This document shows, piece after piece, positions 26,410-34,993 of a DNA stretch of 64,000 nucleotides (its first letter is position 1; each line of letters starts with the position of its first letter). Made by a program: the position numbers and the translations under genes. The stretch is from Anaeromyxobacteraceae bacterium. GTDB lineage: Bacteria; Myxococcota; Myxococcia; Myxococcales; Anaeromyxobacteraceae. The stretch is taken from assembly GCA_035455425.1 (NCBI GenBank), contig DATIFE010000207.1, forward strand, positions 5,637 to 69,636, read 5' to 3'. Under the pieces are notes generated by a model. That model worked only from the letters and a program-made list of their open reading frames with translations. It was not told the DNA's origin and did not search any database.

Positions 26410-27423
26410 GTGGCCATCGAGCTCCAGATGCCCAAGATCGGCCTCACGATGACCGAGGGCAAGGTCGTCGAGTGGCGCAAGCAGGTCGGCCAGCGCGTGG
26501 AGAAGGGCGAGGTGGTCTTCGTCTTCGAGACCGAGAAGACCACCTTCGACGTCGAGTCGCCGGGGGCGGGCTTCCTGGCCCGCATCGTCGTCGAGGAGGA
26601 CGAGACCGTGCCGGTGGGCGCGGTGGTCGGCCTGCTGGCGGAGCGCGAGGGGGAGAAGATCGAGTGGACGGGCCGGGCCGACGCACCCGCCGCGCCGCCC
26701 GCGGCGGCGGCATCCGGAGTGCCCGCGCCGGCCGGGGGCAGGCTGGTGGTGCCGTCCGGCATGCGCCGGGTGATCGCCGAGCGGATGTCGGCCTCCCGGC
26801 GCGAGGCGGCCCAGGCCGAGATGACCGTCTCGATCGACGCCACCCGGCTGCTGGAGGCCCGGGAGGCGCTCGGCGCCGGGGTGGAGCGGGAGGCCGGCGC
26901 CCCCCTCACCGTCACCGACCTGGTGCTGGCGGTGACCGCGGCCGCGGTTTCGTCGCACCCCGACCTGAACTCCCGCTGGACGCCGGAGGGCATCCTGTAC
27001 CTCGACGCCATCCACATGGGGGTGGCCCTGTCCGTCCCGGACGGCCTGGTGGTCCCGGTGATCCGGGACATCGGGCGGAAGACGCTCGCCCAGGTGGCCG
27101 GGGCCCGGGCGCGGCTGGTGGAGCGCGGGCGGGCCGGCGAGCTCACTCCCGACGAGATCAAGGGGAGCACCATCACCGTCTCGTCGCTGGGGATGTTCGG
27201 CGTCGAGCAGTTCACCGCCATCCTCAACCCGCCCGAGAGCGCCATCCTGGCGGTCGGCGCGATCCGGGACGTGCCGGTCGCCGTCGACCGGCAGGTGGTC
27301 GTGCGGCCGGTGATGAAGGTGACGCTGAGCTACGACCACCGGGTCGTCGACGGGGCGGCGGCGGCCCGGTTCCTGAAGACGTTCCGCGAGCTCGCGGAGA
27401 GCCCCTCGTCCGTCGTCGCCTAG
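26410..27423 (+). CDS. dihydrolipoamide acyltransferase E2 component (lipoyl domain + catalytic domain, no recognisable subunit-binding domain)
   Basis: 337 aa with a GTG start. The lipoyl-Lys motif is VFVFETEKTTFDVESP, and the catalytic domain carries LSYDHRVVDGAAAARFL. The Ala/Pro linker runs directly into VVPSGMRRVIAERM. Confidence 0.9.
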   Translation: MAIELQMPKIGLTMTEGKVVEWRKQVGQRVEKGEVVFVFETEKTTFDVESPGAGFLARIVVEEDETVPVGAVVGLLAEREGEKIEWTGRADAPAAPPAAAASGVPAPAGGRLVVPSGMRRVIAERMSASRREAAQAEMTVSIDATRLLEAREALGAGVEREAGAPLTVTDLVLAVTAAAVSSHPDLNSRWTPEGILYLDAIHMGVALSVPDGLVVPVIRDIGRKTLAQVAGARARLVERGRAGELTPDEIKGSTITVSSLGMFGVEQFTAILNPPESAILAVGAIRDVPVAVDRQVVVRPVMKVTLSYDHRVVDGAAAARFLKTFRELAESPSSVVA

Positions 27424-27447
27424 GAACGGGATGGGAGACCGAGACCG

Positions 27448-28230
27448 ATGAGCGCGGGCGCGAGCGAAGGTCCGATCCTCCGGTGCGACGGCGTCGGCCT
27501 CTCCTTCGGGAGCGTCCAGGCCCTCTCCGACATGACCTTCGAGGTGGCCCGCGGGGAGTTCGTCAGCATCATCGGCCCGAACGGCGCCGGGAAGACCAGC
27601 GTCATCAACACCATCACCGGCTTCTACCGGCCCACGCAGGGGCGCATCCACTTCAAGGGGCGGGACATCACCCGCCTGCCGCCGCACAAGGTGAGCCGGG
27701 CCGGGATCGCCCGGACCTTCCAGAACACCGAGCTCTTCGCCGGGCTGACGGTCCTGGAGAACCTGCTCGCGGCCCGGCACATGTACCTCAAGTCCAACAT
27801 CCTCTCCTGCGCGCTCTACTACGGGCTGGCCGAGCGGGAGGACATCGAGGCCCGGCAGGTCGTCGAGGACATCATCGACCTGCTCGAGATGGAGGCCATC
27901 CGCAAGCAGGAGGTGGGGACGCTCCCCTATGGGCAGCGGAAGCGGGTGGAGCTCGGGCGGGCGCTGGCCCTGGAGCCGGAGCTCATCCTGCTCGACGAGC
28001 CCACGGTGGGGATGAACCTGGAGGAGAAGGAGGACATGGTCCGCTTCATCCTCGACGTCAGCGAGGAGAAGGGGACCACCATCGTGCTGGTGGAGCACGA
28101 CATGGACATCGTGATGGACATCTCCGACCGGGTCATCGTGTTCGACTTCGGCACGAAGATCGCGGAGGGGACCCCCGCCCAGATCAAGACCCACGACCGG
28201 GTCATCCAGGCCTACCTGGGAACGGGGTGA
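27448..28230 (+). CDS. livG: branched-chain-amino-acid-type ABC transporter ATP-binding protein (LivG-like)
   Basis: 260 aa with Walker A GPNGAGKTS, the LivG-specific insert (RHMYLKSNILSCALYYG), signature YGQRKRVELGRAL and Walker B LILLDEP. Confidence 0.9.
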   Translation: MSAGASEGPILRCDGVGLSFGSVQALSDMTFEVARGEFVSIIGPNGAGKTSVINTITGFYRPTQGRIHFKGRDITRLPPHKVSRAGIARTFQNTELFAGLTVLENLLAARHMYLKSNILSCALYYGLAEREDIEARQVVEDIIDLLEMEAIRKQEVGTLPYGQRKRVELGRALALEPELILLDEPTVGMNLEEKEDMVRFILDVSEEKGTTIVLVEHDMDIVMDISDRVIVFDFGTKIAEGTPAQIKTHDRVIQAYLGTG

Positions 28231-28253
28231 CGCCTGCTCCTCGAGCGCCGACC

Positions 28254-30197
28254 ATGGCCGACCTCGACACCTACCCCAAGCTCCTGATCCGGAACCGCCA
28301 GACGTCGGGCGACCGGGTGGCCCTGCGCCGCAAGGACCGGGGGATCTGGAAGAGCTACACCTGGAGCGACTCCTGCGAGCAGGTGCGCCTGCTCTGCCTG
28401 GGACTGGTGGCGCTGGGCCTCCGGCCCGGCGACAAGGTCGGCCTCATCGGCGACGACGAGCCGGAGGGCTTCTGGGCCGAGGCCGCCATCCAGTCGGCGG
28501 GGGCGGCGGTGGTGGCGATGTGGAGCGACTCGATCCCATCCGAGATCGCCTACGTCCTCCAGCACTCCGACGCGCGATTCGTCATCGCCGAGGACCAGGA
28601 GCAGGTCGACAAGCTCCTGGAGATCAAGGATTCCGTCTCCGGGGTGCAGAAGGTGATCTTCTGGGACCGCAAGGGGATGCGGCGGTACGACGACCCCATC
28701 CTGCTCGGCTTCGACGCGCTGCGGAGCCTGGGGAGGAGCCACGGCGAGGCCCACCCCGGCGCCTTCGAGGACCTGGTGGCGCGGACCCGCGGCTCGGACG
28801 TGGCGCAGATCTCGTACACCTCCGGGACCACCAGCCTCCCCAAGGGGGCGGTCCTCACCCACGACGCCATCCTGGCCTCCGCCCGGCGGATGCAGGAGAC
28901 CTGCCCCCTCGCGCCGGGCGAGGACGTCATCACCACCCTGGCCACCGCCTCGGTCTTCCACTCCTGGTTCGCGGGCTACAACTACATGAGCCGGGTGGTC
29001 ATCAACTTCCCGGAGGAGCCCGAGACCCTGATGCAGGACTTCCGCGAGATCTCGCCGCGGTTCCTGCTCATCACCCCGCGCCAGTGGGAAAGCCTCTCCT
29101 CGATGACGCAGACGCGGATCGGCGACGCCGGCCTCCTGAAGCGCTCCGCCTACCGGCTCTTCCTGCCCGTCGGCTACCGGGTGGCGGACTGGCGCTCCCA
29201 GGGCCGGGCCGTTCCCCTCGGGTGGCGGCTGCTCCACGCGCTCGCAGACCGGATCGTCTTCGCCCCGCTCCGCGACAAGCTCGGCGTCACCCGGACGCGG
29301 TATCCGTTCACCGGCAGTGCGTTCCTGAGCCCGGACTTCTTCCGGTTCTTCCAGGCGGTCGGCATCAACCTGCGCCAGATCTACGGGAGCACCGAGGCGG
29401 GCGTGGTGAGCATGCACCGCGAGGACGAGATCGACAACCACAGCGTGGGCCGGATCTGCCGCGGTGCCGAGGTGCGGATCTCCGAGGCCCAGGAGATCCT
29501 GGTGCGCGGGCCCAGCGTCTTCTCCGGGTACCACAAGGATCCGGAGAAGACCGGGCAGGTCATCCGCGACGGCTGGTTCCACACCGGCGACTCGGGCCAC
29601 GTGGGCGAGCGCGGGCACCTCTACTACCAGGACCGGATCGACAACCTCGACGAGCTCCGCGGCGGGCACCGCTACGCCCCGGCGTACATCGAGGGGAAGC
29701 TGAAGTTCAGCCGGTACATCCAGGACGTGATGGCCGTCGGCGGCAAGGACCGGGACTTCCTGTCGGTCATCATCAACATCGACTTCGACAGCATCGGCAA
29801 GTGGGCCGAGGCCCGCCGCCTCTCCTACACCACCTTCGCCGACCTCTCGCAGAAGGAGGAGGTGGGCGAGCTCATCCGGGGCGACCTGGACCGCGTGAAC
29901 CAGGTGCTCCCCGCGCCGGCGCGGGTCCAGCGCTTCGTGCTGCTGCCCAAGGAGTTCGACGCCGACGAGGGGGAGCTGACCCGGACGCGCAAGCTCAAGC
30001 GGAAGTTCCTGCAGGACCGGTACCGCGAGCTCATCGACGCCATCTACCAGGGAAGGCCCGAGGTCCCCATGGTGACCGAGGTGCGGTACCGGGACGGCCG
30101 GAGGGGAAAGGTCACGACGAGCCTCAAGGTGCGGTCGGTGTCCCCGGCGCGGGGCGAGCTGCGCGAGCTGGCTCCGGCCCGCGAGGCGAGGGCCTAG
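28254..30197 (+). CDS. AMP-dependent synthetase/ligase (long-chain acyl-CoA synthetase-like) embedded in the ABC operon
   Basis: ATG 28254 within ORF 26472..30197 gives 647 aa. Motifs include the AMP-binding motif I YTSGTTSLPKGAVLTH, YGSTEAG, GWFHTGDSG and the C-terminal RTRKLKRKF. Confidence 0.85.
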   Translation: MADLDTYPKLLIRNRQTSGDRVALRRKDRGIWKSYTWSDSCEQVRLLCLGLVALGLRPGDKVGLIGDDEPEGFWAEAAIQSAGAAVVAMWSDSIPSEIAYVLQHSDARFVIAEDQEQVDKLLEIKDSVSGVQKVIFWDRKGMRRYDDPILLGFDALRSLGRSHGEAHPGAFEDLVARTRGSDVAQISYTSGTTSLPKGAVLTHDAILASARRMQETCPLAPGEDVITTLATASVFHSWFAGYNYMSRVVINFPEEPETLMQDFREISPRFLLITPRQWESLSSMTQTRIGDAGLLKRSAYRLFLPVGYRVADWRSQGRAVPLGWRLLHALADRIVFAPLRDKLGVTRTRYPFTGSAFLSPDFFRFFQAVGINLRQIYGSTEAGVVSMHREDEIDNHSVGRICRGAEVRISEAQEILVRGPSVFSGYHKDPEKTGQVIRDGWFHTGDSGHVGERGHLYYQDRIDNLDELRGGHRYAPAYIEGKLKFSRYIQDVMAVGGKDRDFLSVIINIDFDSIGKWAEARRLSYTTFADLSQKEEVGELIRGDLDRVNQVLPAPARVQRFVLLPKEFDADEGELTRTRKLKRKFLQDRYRELIDAIYQGRPEVPMVTEVRYRDGRRGKVTTSLKVRSVSPARGELRELAPAREARA

Positions 30198-30198
30198 C

Positions 30199-30987
30199 GT
30201 GCTGACCCTGAGCAACGTCGAGGTCAAGTACGCCGGGGTCATCCTGGTCCTCCGCGGCGTGTCCCTCCAGGTCCCGGAGGGGAAGATCGTGTCGCTGCTG
30301 GGCAGCAACGGCGCCGGCAAGACCACCACCCTCAAGGCCATCTCCGGGCTGCTGCGCACCGAGCTGGGCGAGGTGACCGCGGGCGCCATCGAGTACCAGG
30401 GCCGCCGCATCGACAGGCTCGACCCCGAGCAGATCGCCAAGATGGGGATCATCCAGGTGATGGAGGGGCGGAAGGTGCTGAAGCACCTGACCGTCGAGGA
30501 GAACCTGCGGCTCGGCGGCTACATCCGGCCCAACGGCGAGGTCCGCCGGGACCTGGAGCGGGTCTACGGGTACTTCCCCCGGCTGCGGAGCCGCCGCAAC
30601 GCGGTGAGCGGGTACCTCTCCGGCGGGGAGCAGCAGATGATGCTCATCGGGCGCGCCATGATGGCCCGGCCGAGGCTCATGCTGCTCGACGAGCCGTCGA
30701 TGGGGCTGGCGCCGCTGATCGTCCGGGAGATCTACGAGATCGTGCGGCGGCTTAGCGCCGAGGAGAGGACCACCATCCTCCTCGTCGAGCAGAACGCCAA
30801 GGCCGCCCTCGCCACCAGCGAGCTCGCCTACGTGCTGGAGAACGGCCGCGTGGTCCTCGACGGCCCGGCCGCGGCCCTGGCCGACAACGAGGACATCCGC
30901 GAGTTCTACCTGGGCCTCGGGAAGCTCGGCGAGAAGAAGAGCTACCGGGCGGTGAAGACGTACAAGCGGAGGAAGAGATGGCTGTGA
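30199..30987 (+). CDS. livF: branched-chain-amino-acid-type ABC transporter ATP-binding protein (LivF-like)
   Basis: 262 aa with a GTG start one nt after the previous stop. It has Walker A GSNGAGKTT, signature LSGGEQQMMLIGRAM and Walker B LMLLDEPS. Confidence 0.9.
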   Translation: MLTLSNVEVKYAGVILVLRGVSLQVPEGKIVSLLGSNGAGKTTTLKAISGLLRTELGEVTAGAIEYQGRRIDRLDPEQIAKMGIIQVMEGRKVLKHLTVEENLRLGGYIRPNGEVRRDLERVYGYFPRLRSRRNAVSGYLSGGEQQMMLIGRAMMARPRLMLLDEPSMGLAPLIVREIYEIVRRLSAEERTTILLVEQNAKAALATSELAYVLENGRVVLDGPAAALADNEDIREFYLGLGKLGEKKSYRAVKTYKRRKRWL

Positions 30988-30999
30988 CGGGAGGCTGAG

Positions 31000-31872
31000 G
31001 TGGAGCTCTTCGGAATGCTGGTGATCTCCGGCGCGATGAACGGGGCCATCTACGGCCTCGTCGCGCTGGGGTTCGTCCTCGTCTACAAGGCCTCGGCGGT
31101 CCTCAACTTCGCCCAGGGCTACATGCTGCTCCTCGGCGCCTACCTCTTCTGGTTCTCCAGGGTCACGCTGGGCCTCCCGCTCGTCGCCGCCCTGCTCCTC
31201 TCGGTCGGGGCCGGGTTCCTGGTCGGGATCCTCATCGAGCGCCTCACACTGCGCCGGCTCATCGGGCAGCCCCTGATCTCGATGATCACGGTGACCATCT
31301 TCCTCTCGCTGGTGCTGGAGGGGCTGGTCTCGATGATCTGGGGCACCTACCCGCTCCAGCACGTGACCGTGTTCCACGACAGCACCATCCGGCTCGGCCG
31401 CCTGGTCCTCACCACCCAGAGCCTGCTGGCCTTCGGGCTGGCGCTGTCGGTCGCGGGCGCGCTCATCGCCTTCTTCCGCTTCACGCGGATGGGGCTGGCG
31501 ATGCGCGGCGTGGCCGAGGGCCACCAGATCGTGCAGAGCATGGGGATCAGCGTCCGCAGGATCCTCAGCCTCTCCTGGGGGCTGGCCGGGATCGCCGCCA
31601 GCATCGGCGGGATCCTCATGGGGGGCACGCTCGGGTTCCAGCTCGGCCTGAGCCAGATCGGGCTGCTGGCCATCCCCGCCGCCTTCATCGGCGGCCTGGA
31701 GTCGCCCGAGGGCGCCGTCCTGGGCGGCCTCCTCATCGGCCTGAGCGAGAGCATCGTCTCGGGCTACGTCGGCAACGCCGCCGGGGTCCCGGCGGCGTTC
31801 GTCATCCTCATCGCCACCATGCTCTTCAGGCCCTACGGGTTCTTCGGCCTGGAGCGGATCGAGCGGGTGTAG
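31000..31872 (+). CDS. livH: ABC transporter permease (LivH-like)
   Basis: 290 aa, polytopic. The opening MNGAIYGLVALGFVLVYKASAVLNFAQG is typical of LivH/BPD_transp_2. Confidence 0.9.
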   Translation: MELFGMLVISGAMNGAIYGLVALGFVLVYKASAVLNFAQGYMLLLGAYLFWFSRVTLGLPLVAALLLSVGAGFLVGILIERLTLRRLIGQPLISMITVTIFLSLVLEGLVSMIWGTYPLQHVTVFHDSTIRLGRLVLTTQSLLAFGLALSVAGALIAFFRFTRMGLAMRGVAEGHQIVQSMGISVRRILSLSWGLAGIAASIGGILMGGTLGFQLGLSQIGLLAIPAAFIGGLESPEGAVLGGLLIGLSESIVSGYVGNAAGVPAAFVILIATMLFRPYGFFGLERIERV

Positions 31873-31876
31873 CGCC

Positions 31877-32947
31877 ATGGCGAGGGTACCGTTCTATCCG
31901 CCCAGCGGCGTCTACGCGGACAGCTACGCGAAGGACATGCGGATCCTCAAGACCGGCACCCAGCGGTTCCTGACGGTCGCCGGGCTGGTGCTGCTGTTCG
32001 CCCTGCCGCTCATCCCCGGGCTCAACGGCAGCTACTACCTCCGCCTGATCATCGGGGCCGGCATCACGGTGATCGCCTGCCTGGGCCTCAACATCCTCAC
32101 CGGCTACTGCGGCCAGCTCAACGTGGGCCAGTCGGCGTTCGTGATGGTGGGCGCGTTCGCCTCCGGCATGCTGACCGCCTTCCACGGTTGGTCGTTCTGG
32201 GCCTCGGTGGTCCCGGGCGGCCTGGCCGCCGCGGCAGTCGGGGTCCTCTTCGGCATCCCCTCGGTGCGGCTCAAGGGCCTGTACCTGGCCCTCACCACGC
32301 TGGGCGCGCAGATCATCCTCACCTGGGTCGCCCTCTACGGCATCACCGTCACCGCCGCCGGCTTCTCGGTGAGCCCGGTGCGGCTCGGCCCGGTGGTCTT
32401 CAACACGCCGCAGAAGTTCTACTACCTGGCCATGGGCTTCACGGTGGTGATGACCTTCGTCGCCCGGAACCTGATGCGCTCGAGGCTGGGGCGGGCCTTC
32501 ATCGCCATCCGGGACAACGACCGGGCGGCGGAGGGCATGGGCATCGACATCTTCAAGTACAAGCTGCTGGCCTTCGCCATCTGCACCTTCTACGCCGGGG
32601 TCGCCGGTGCGCTGCTGGTCCACTACATGATGTGGGCCCAGCTCGAGTCCTTCACCCTCCAGGACTCCGTCTGGTACCTGGCCATGATCATCGTGGGGGG
32701 GCTGGGCAGCATCGAGGGGACGGTCTTCGGGGTCCTCTTCATCACCGTCCTCAAGGAGCTGGTCCTGGTGGTCGGCCCCATGGCCCAGGGCAAGCTCTCC
32801 TTCCTGCCGATGGGAGCGGCCAGCGGGCTCCTGCTGGTGATCATCGGCAGCATCGCCATCTTCTTCGGAGTCCTCGAGCCGCGCGGCATGGCCCATCGCT
32901 GGAGCCTCATCAAGGCGTTCTACCGGCTGTGGCCGTTCGGCTACTAG
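31877..32947 (+). CDS. livM: ABC transporter permease (LivM-like)
   Basis: 356 aa, polytopic. It has LNILTGYCGQLNVGQSAFVMVGAF and LKGLYLALTTLG, typical of LivM. Confidence 0.9.
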   Translation: MARVPFYPPSGVYADSYAKDMRILKTGTQRFLTVAGLVLLFALPLIPGLNGSYYLRLIIGAGITVIACLGLNILTGYCGQLNVGQSAFVMVGAFASGMLTAFHGWSFWASVVPGGLAAAAVGVLFGIPSVRLKGLYLALTTLGAQIILTWVALYGITVTAAGFSVSPVRLGPVVFNTPQKFYYLAMGFTVVMTFVARNLMRSRLGRAFIAIRDNDRAAEGMGIDIFKYKLLAFAICTFYAGVAGALLVHYMMWAQLESFTLQDSVWYLAMIIVGGLGSIEGTVFGVLFITVLKELVLVVGPMAQGKLSFLPMGAASGLLLVIIGSIAIFFGVLEPRGMAHRWSLIKAFYRLWPFGY

Positions 32948-33039
32948 GTGCGGGCAGTGCAGGGAATCGCCGTCGCGTCGAGTCGAAGCCGGTGTCGTCG
33001 AACGTCGCCGTGGAACCCATGGAGTCCAAGGAGGCTGCG

Positions 33040-34275
33040 ATGAGGAAGGGAACGTCTCGATCCGCCGTGCTGGCGCTGGCGGCGATGGTGTCGCTGCCGG
33101 CCGCCGCGGCGGCCCAGGCCGGGGAGGTCGTGGTGGGCAACATCAGCGCCATGACCGGACCCACCAGCGGGACGCACATGATGTGCCAGTCCGGCTCCCG
33201 CGAGTACCTCGAGTACCTGAACCAGCAGGGCGGCATCGCCGGCAAGGACGGCAAGGTGAAGGTCAAGTACCTCGCCTATGACTCCCAGTACGTGGCGACC
33301 AAGGCCAAGGACGGCTTCTCGCGGCTGCTCGAGCAGAAGATGGCGGTCTGGACCCAGTGCGCCTCGGCCCACTCCGACGCGCTCATCCCGGACTACGAGG
33401 CCGCCCAGGTGCCGCTGGTGACGGGGTCCCACGGGATCGCCAGCCTCTACTCCGACTGGGCCTACGGGAACTACCACTCGGGCATCGCCAACATGATCCG
33501 CACCTGGATCGTGTGGGAGAAGGCGGTGTGGGAGAAGGCGGGCAAGCCGGGCGGGACGCTGGTCCTCGGCACCGTCACCAGCGACGAGCCCTTCGTGCCC
33601 CTGGCCCTGTGGGACATCGACGCCTTCGCCCAGCAGCAGGGGGTCAAGCTGGTGAAGGAGACCTTCCCCAAGGGGACCACCGACGCCGGCCCGCAGCTCC
33701 TGCGGCTCAAGGACGCCGGGGTGAAGCAGATCTACGTCATCGCCTCCGCCACCGGCGCCGTGGTGGTGCTGAAGTCCGCCAAGGCGCTGGGGCTCAAGAT
33801 CCCCATGACCCAGTGCGCGGCCGCCACCCTGGGCGACGTCATCGCCCTCGGGGGGCCGGAGCTGGCCGAGGGATACCAGGGCGAGTACTTCTTCGAGCCC
33901 ATGTCGAAGGACCCGGCCCTGGGCGGCTCGCCGGGGCTCAAGCTGGCCCGCGAGCTCTGGGCCAAGAACCACGGCAAGGAGGCGCCCAACGACATGTACG
34001 TCAACGGCGTCCTCTCCGGGATGGTGATCGCCGAGGGCATCCGCCATGCGCTCGACGCCGTCCCCCCCGGCAAGCTCACCGGCGCGGCCATCAAGCACGG
34101 GCTGGACCAGGTCAGCGGTTTCACCGGGATGGGGCTGACGCAGCCCATCACCTACGCCAAGGACGACCACATCGGGCAGAAGCAGGTCCGGTACTGGGTG
34201 GTGGTGAAGAAGGGGTACGTCGAGCCGGTGAGCGACTGGATGCCGACCACGACCTACCGGATCCCGAGGAAGTAA
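33040..34275 (+). CDS. ABC transporter periplasmic substrate-binding protein (type I PBP, Leu/Ile/Val-binding family fold)
   Basis: ATG 33040 lies 5 nt after AAGGAGG, within ORF 32188..34275. A signal peptide (AVLALAAMVSLPAAAAAQA) is followed by VVVGNISAMTGPTSG, typical of LivK-family binding proteins. Confidence 0.85.
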   Translation: MRKGTSRSAVLALAAMVSLPAAAAAQAGEVVVGNISAMTGPTSGTHMMCQSGSREYLEYLNQQGGIAGKDGKVKVKYLAYDSQYVATKAKDGFSRLLEQKMAVWTQCASAHSDALIPDYEAAQVPLVTGSHGIASLYSDWAYGNYHSGIANMIRTWIVWEKAVWEKAGKPGGTLVLGTVTSDEPFVPLALWDIDAFAQQQGVKLVKETFPKGTTDAGPQLLRLKDAGVKQIYVIASATGAVVVLKSAKALGLKIPMTQCAAATLGDVIALGGPELAEGYQGEYFFEPMSKDPALGGSPGLKLARELWAKNHGKEAPNDMYVNGVLSGMVIAEGIRHALDAVPPGKLTGAAIKHGLDQVSGFTGMGLTQPITYAKDDHIGQKQVRYWVVVKKGYVEPVSDWMPTTTYRIPRK

Positions 34276-34381
34276 GGGGCCGGCCAGGCCGCGAGCGGCT
34301 CGCGCGGGCGACCGGGCCGCGACCGCACCTGCCTCACCCGGGTGCGGCCGCGGCTCCGGGGCCCGGTAAGGAGAGAGGACC

Positions 34382-34966
34382 ATGGTCGAGATCCGGTTCC
34401 GGGCACGGGTGGACGAGGAGAAGTGCGTCAGCTGTCCCATGTGCGAGAACGTCTGCCCCACCGCGGCCATCACGCTCCCCGCCAAGGGCGCCAAGGCGGT
34501 GGTCGTGGACGAGAAGTGCGTCGGCTGTCCCAACTGCGCCGGCGTCTGCCCGGTAGACGCCATCGACCTGGTGCTCCGCGAGAAGCCGCTCCTCCTGGGC
34601 GTGGACGCGAGCCAGGTGGACGAGGCCCGGCTCCTGGACCTGTGCCGCAGGGCCAACCTCCACCCGCAGCAGTGGCTCTGCCTCTGCACCGGCACGCGGG
34701 TGCGGGAGGGCGCCGCCGCCGTCCTCCAGGGCGCCACCTCTCCCGAGACGGTCGCCCTCATGACCGGGACGCGGTCGGGCTGCACCGTCTACTGCCTCCA
34801 GCCGACGCTTCGGCTGCTCAAGGCCCACGGGGTGAAGGTGGTCCAGCCGGAAGGCTACCGCTGGTACGACACCTCGCAGACCTGCTGGGACGTCCCCGAG
34901 GAGGTGCGGAAGAAGTATCCGGGCCACTTCCTCGAGGAGGACCTCCAGGTCTTCCGGAAGTTCTGA
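34382..34966 (+). CDS. 2x[4Fe-4S] ferredoxin domain fused to a BFD-like [2Fe-2S]-type Cys motif domain
   Basis: 194 aa with CVSCPMCENVCP and CVGCPNCAGVCP. These are followed by WLCLCTG...(31 aa)...GCTVYC, a CxC...CxxxC arrangement reminiscent of BFD-like domains. AAGGAGAG RBS upstream. Confidence 0.8.
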   Translation: MVEIRFRARVDEEKCVSCPMCENVCPTAAITLPAKGAKAVVVDEKCVGCPNCAGVCPVDAIDLVLREKPLLLGVDASQVDEARLLDLCRRANLHPQQWLCLCTGTRVREGAAAVLQGATSPETVALMTGTRSGCTVYCLQPTLRLLKAHGVKVVQPEGYRWYDTSQTCWDVPEEVRKKYPGHFLEEDLQVFRKF

Positions 34967-34993
34967 GGACGCCCCCAGGCGAAGGAGAGCGCC

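Noticed and set aside
32948-33042. Possible sORF (GTG 32948 to a TGA overlapping ATG 33040) between livM and the binding-protein gene.
   Set aside because: GC3 is only moderate compared with genuine genes here. The peptide is Arg/Ser/Pro/Trp-rich with no SD. The region more plausibly just carries the strong AAGGAGG RBS of the binding-protein gene.
34276-34381. Hairpins (GCGAG-CGG-CTCGC and CCGCACC-N11-GGTGCGG) between the binding-protein gene and the ferredoxin gene, considered as a terminator that would separate the ABC genes from the unknown operon.
   Set aside because: The stems are short, there is no U-tract and a strong RBS follows immediately. I cannot decide from sequence whether transcription stops here, so I did not annotate them as a terminator. 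The operon boundary is left open (see findings).
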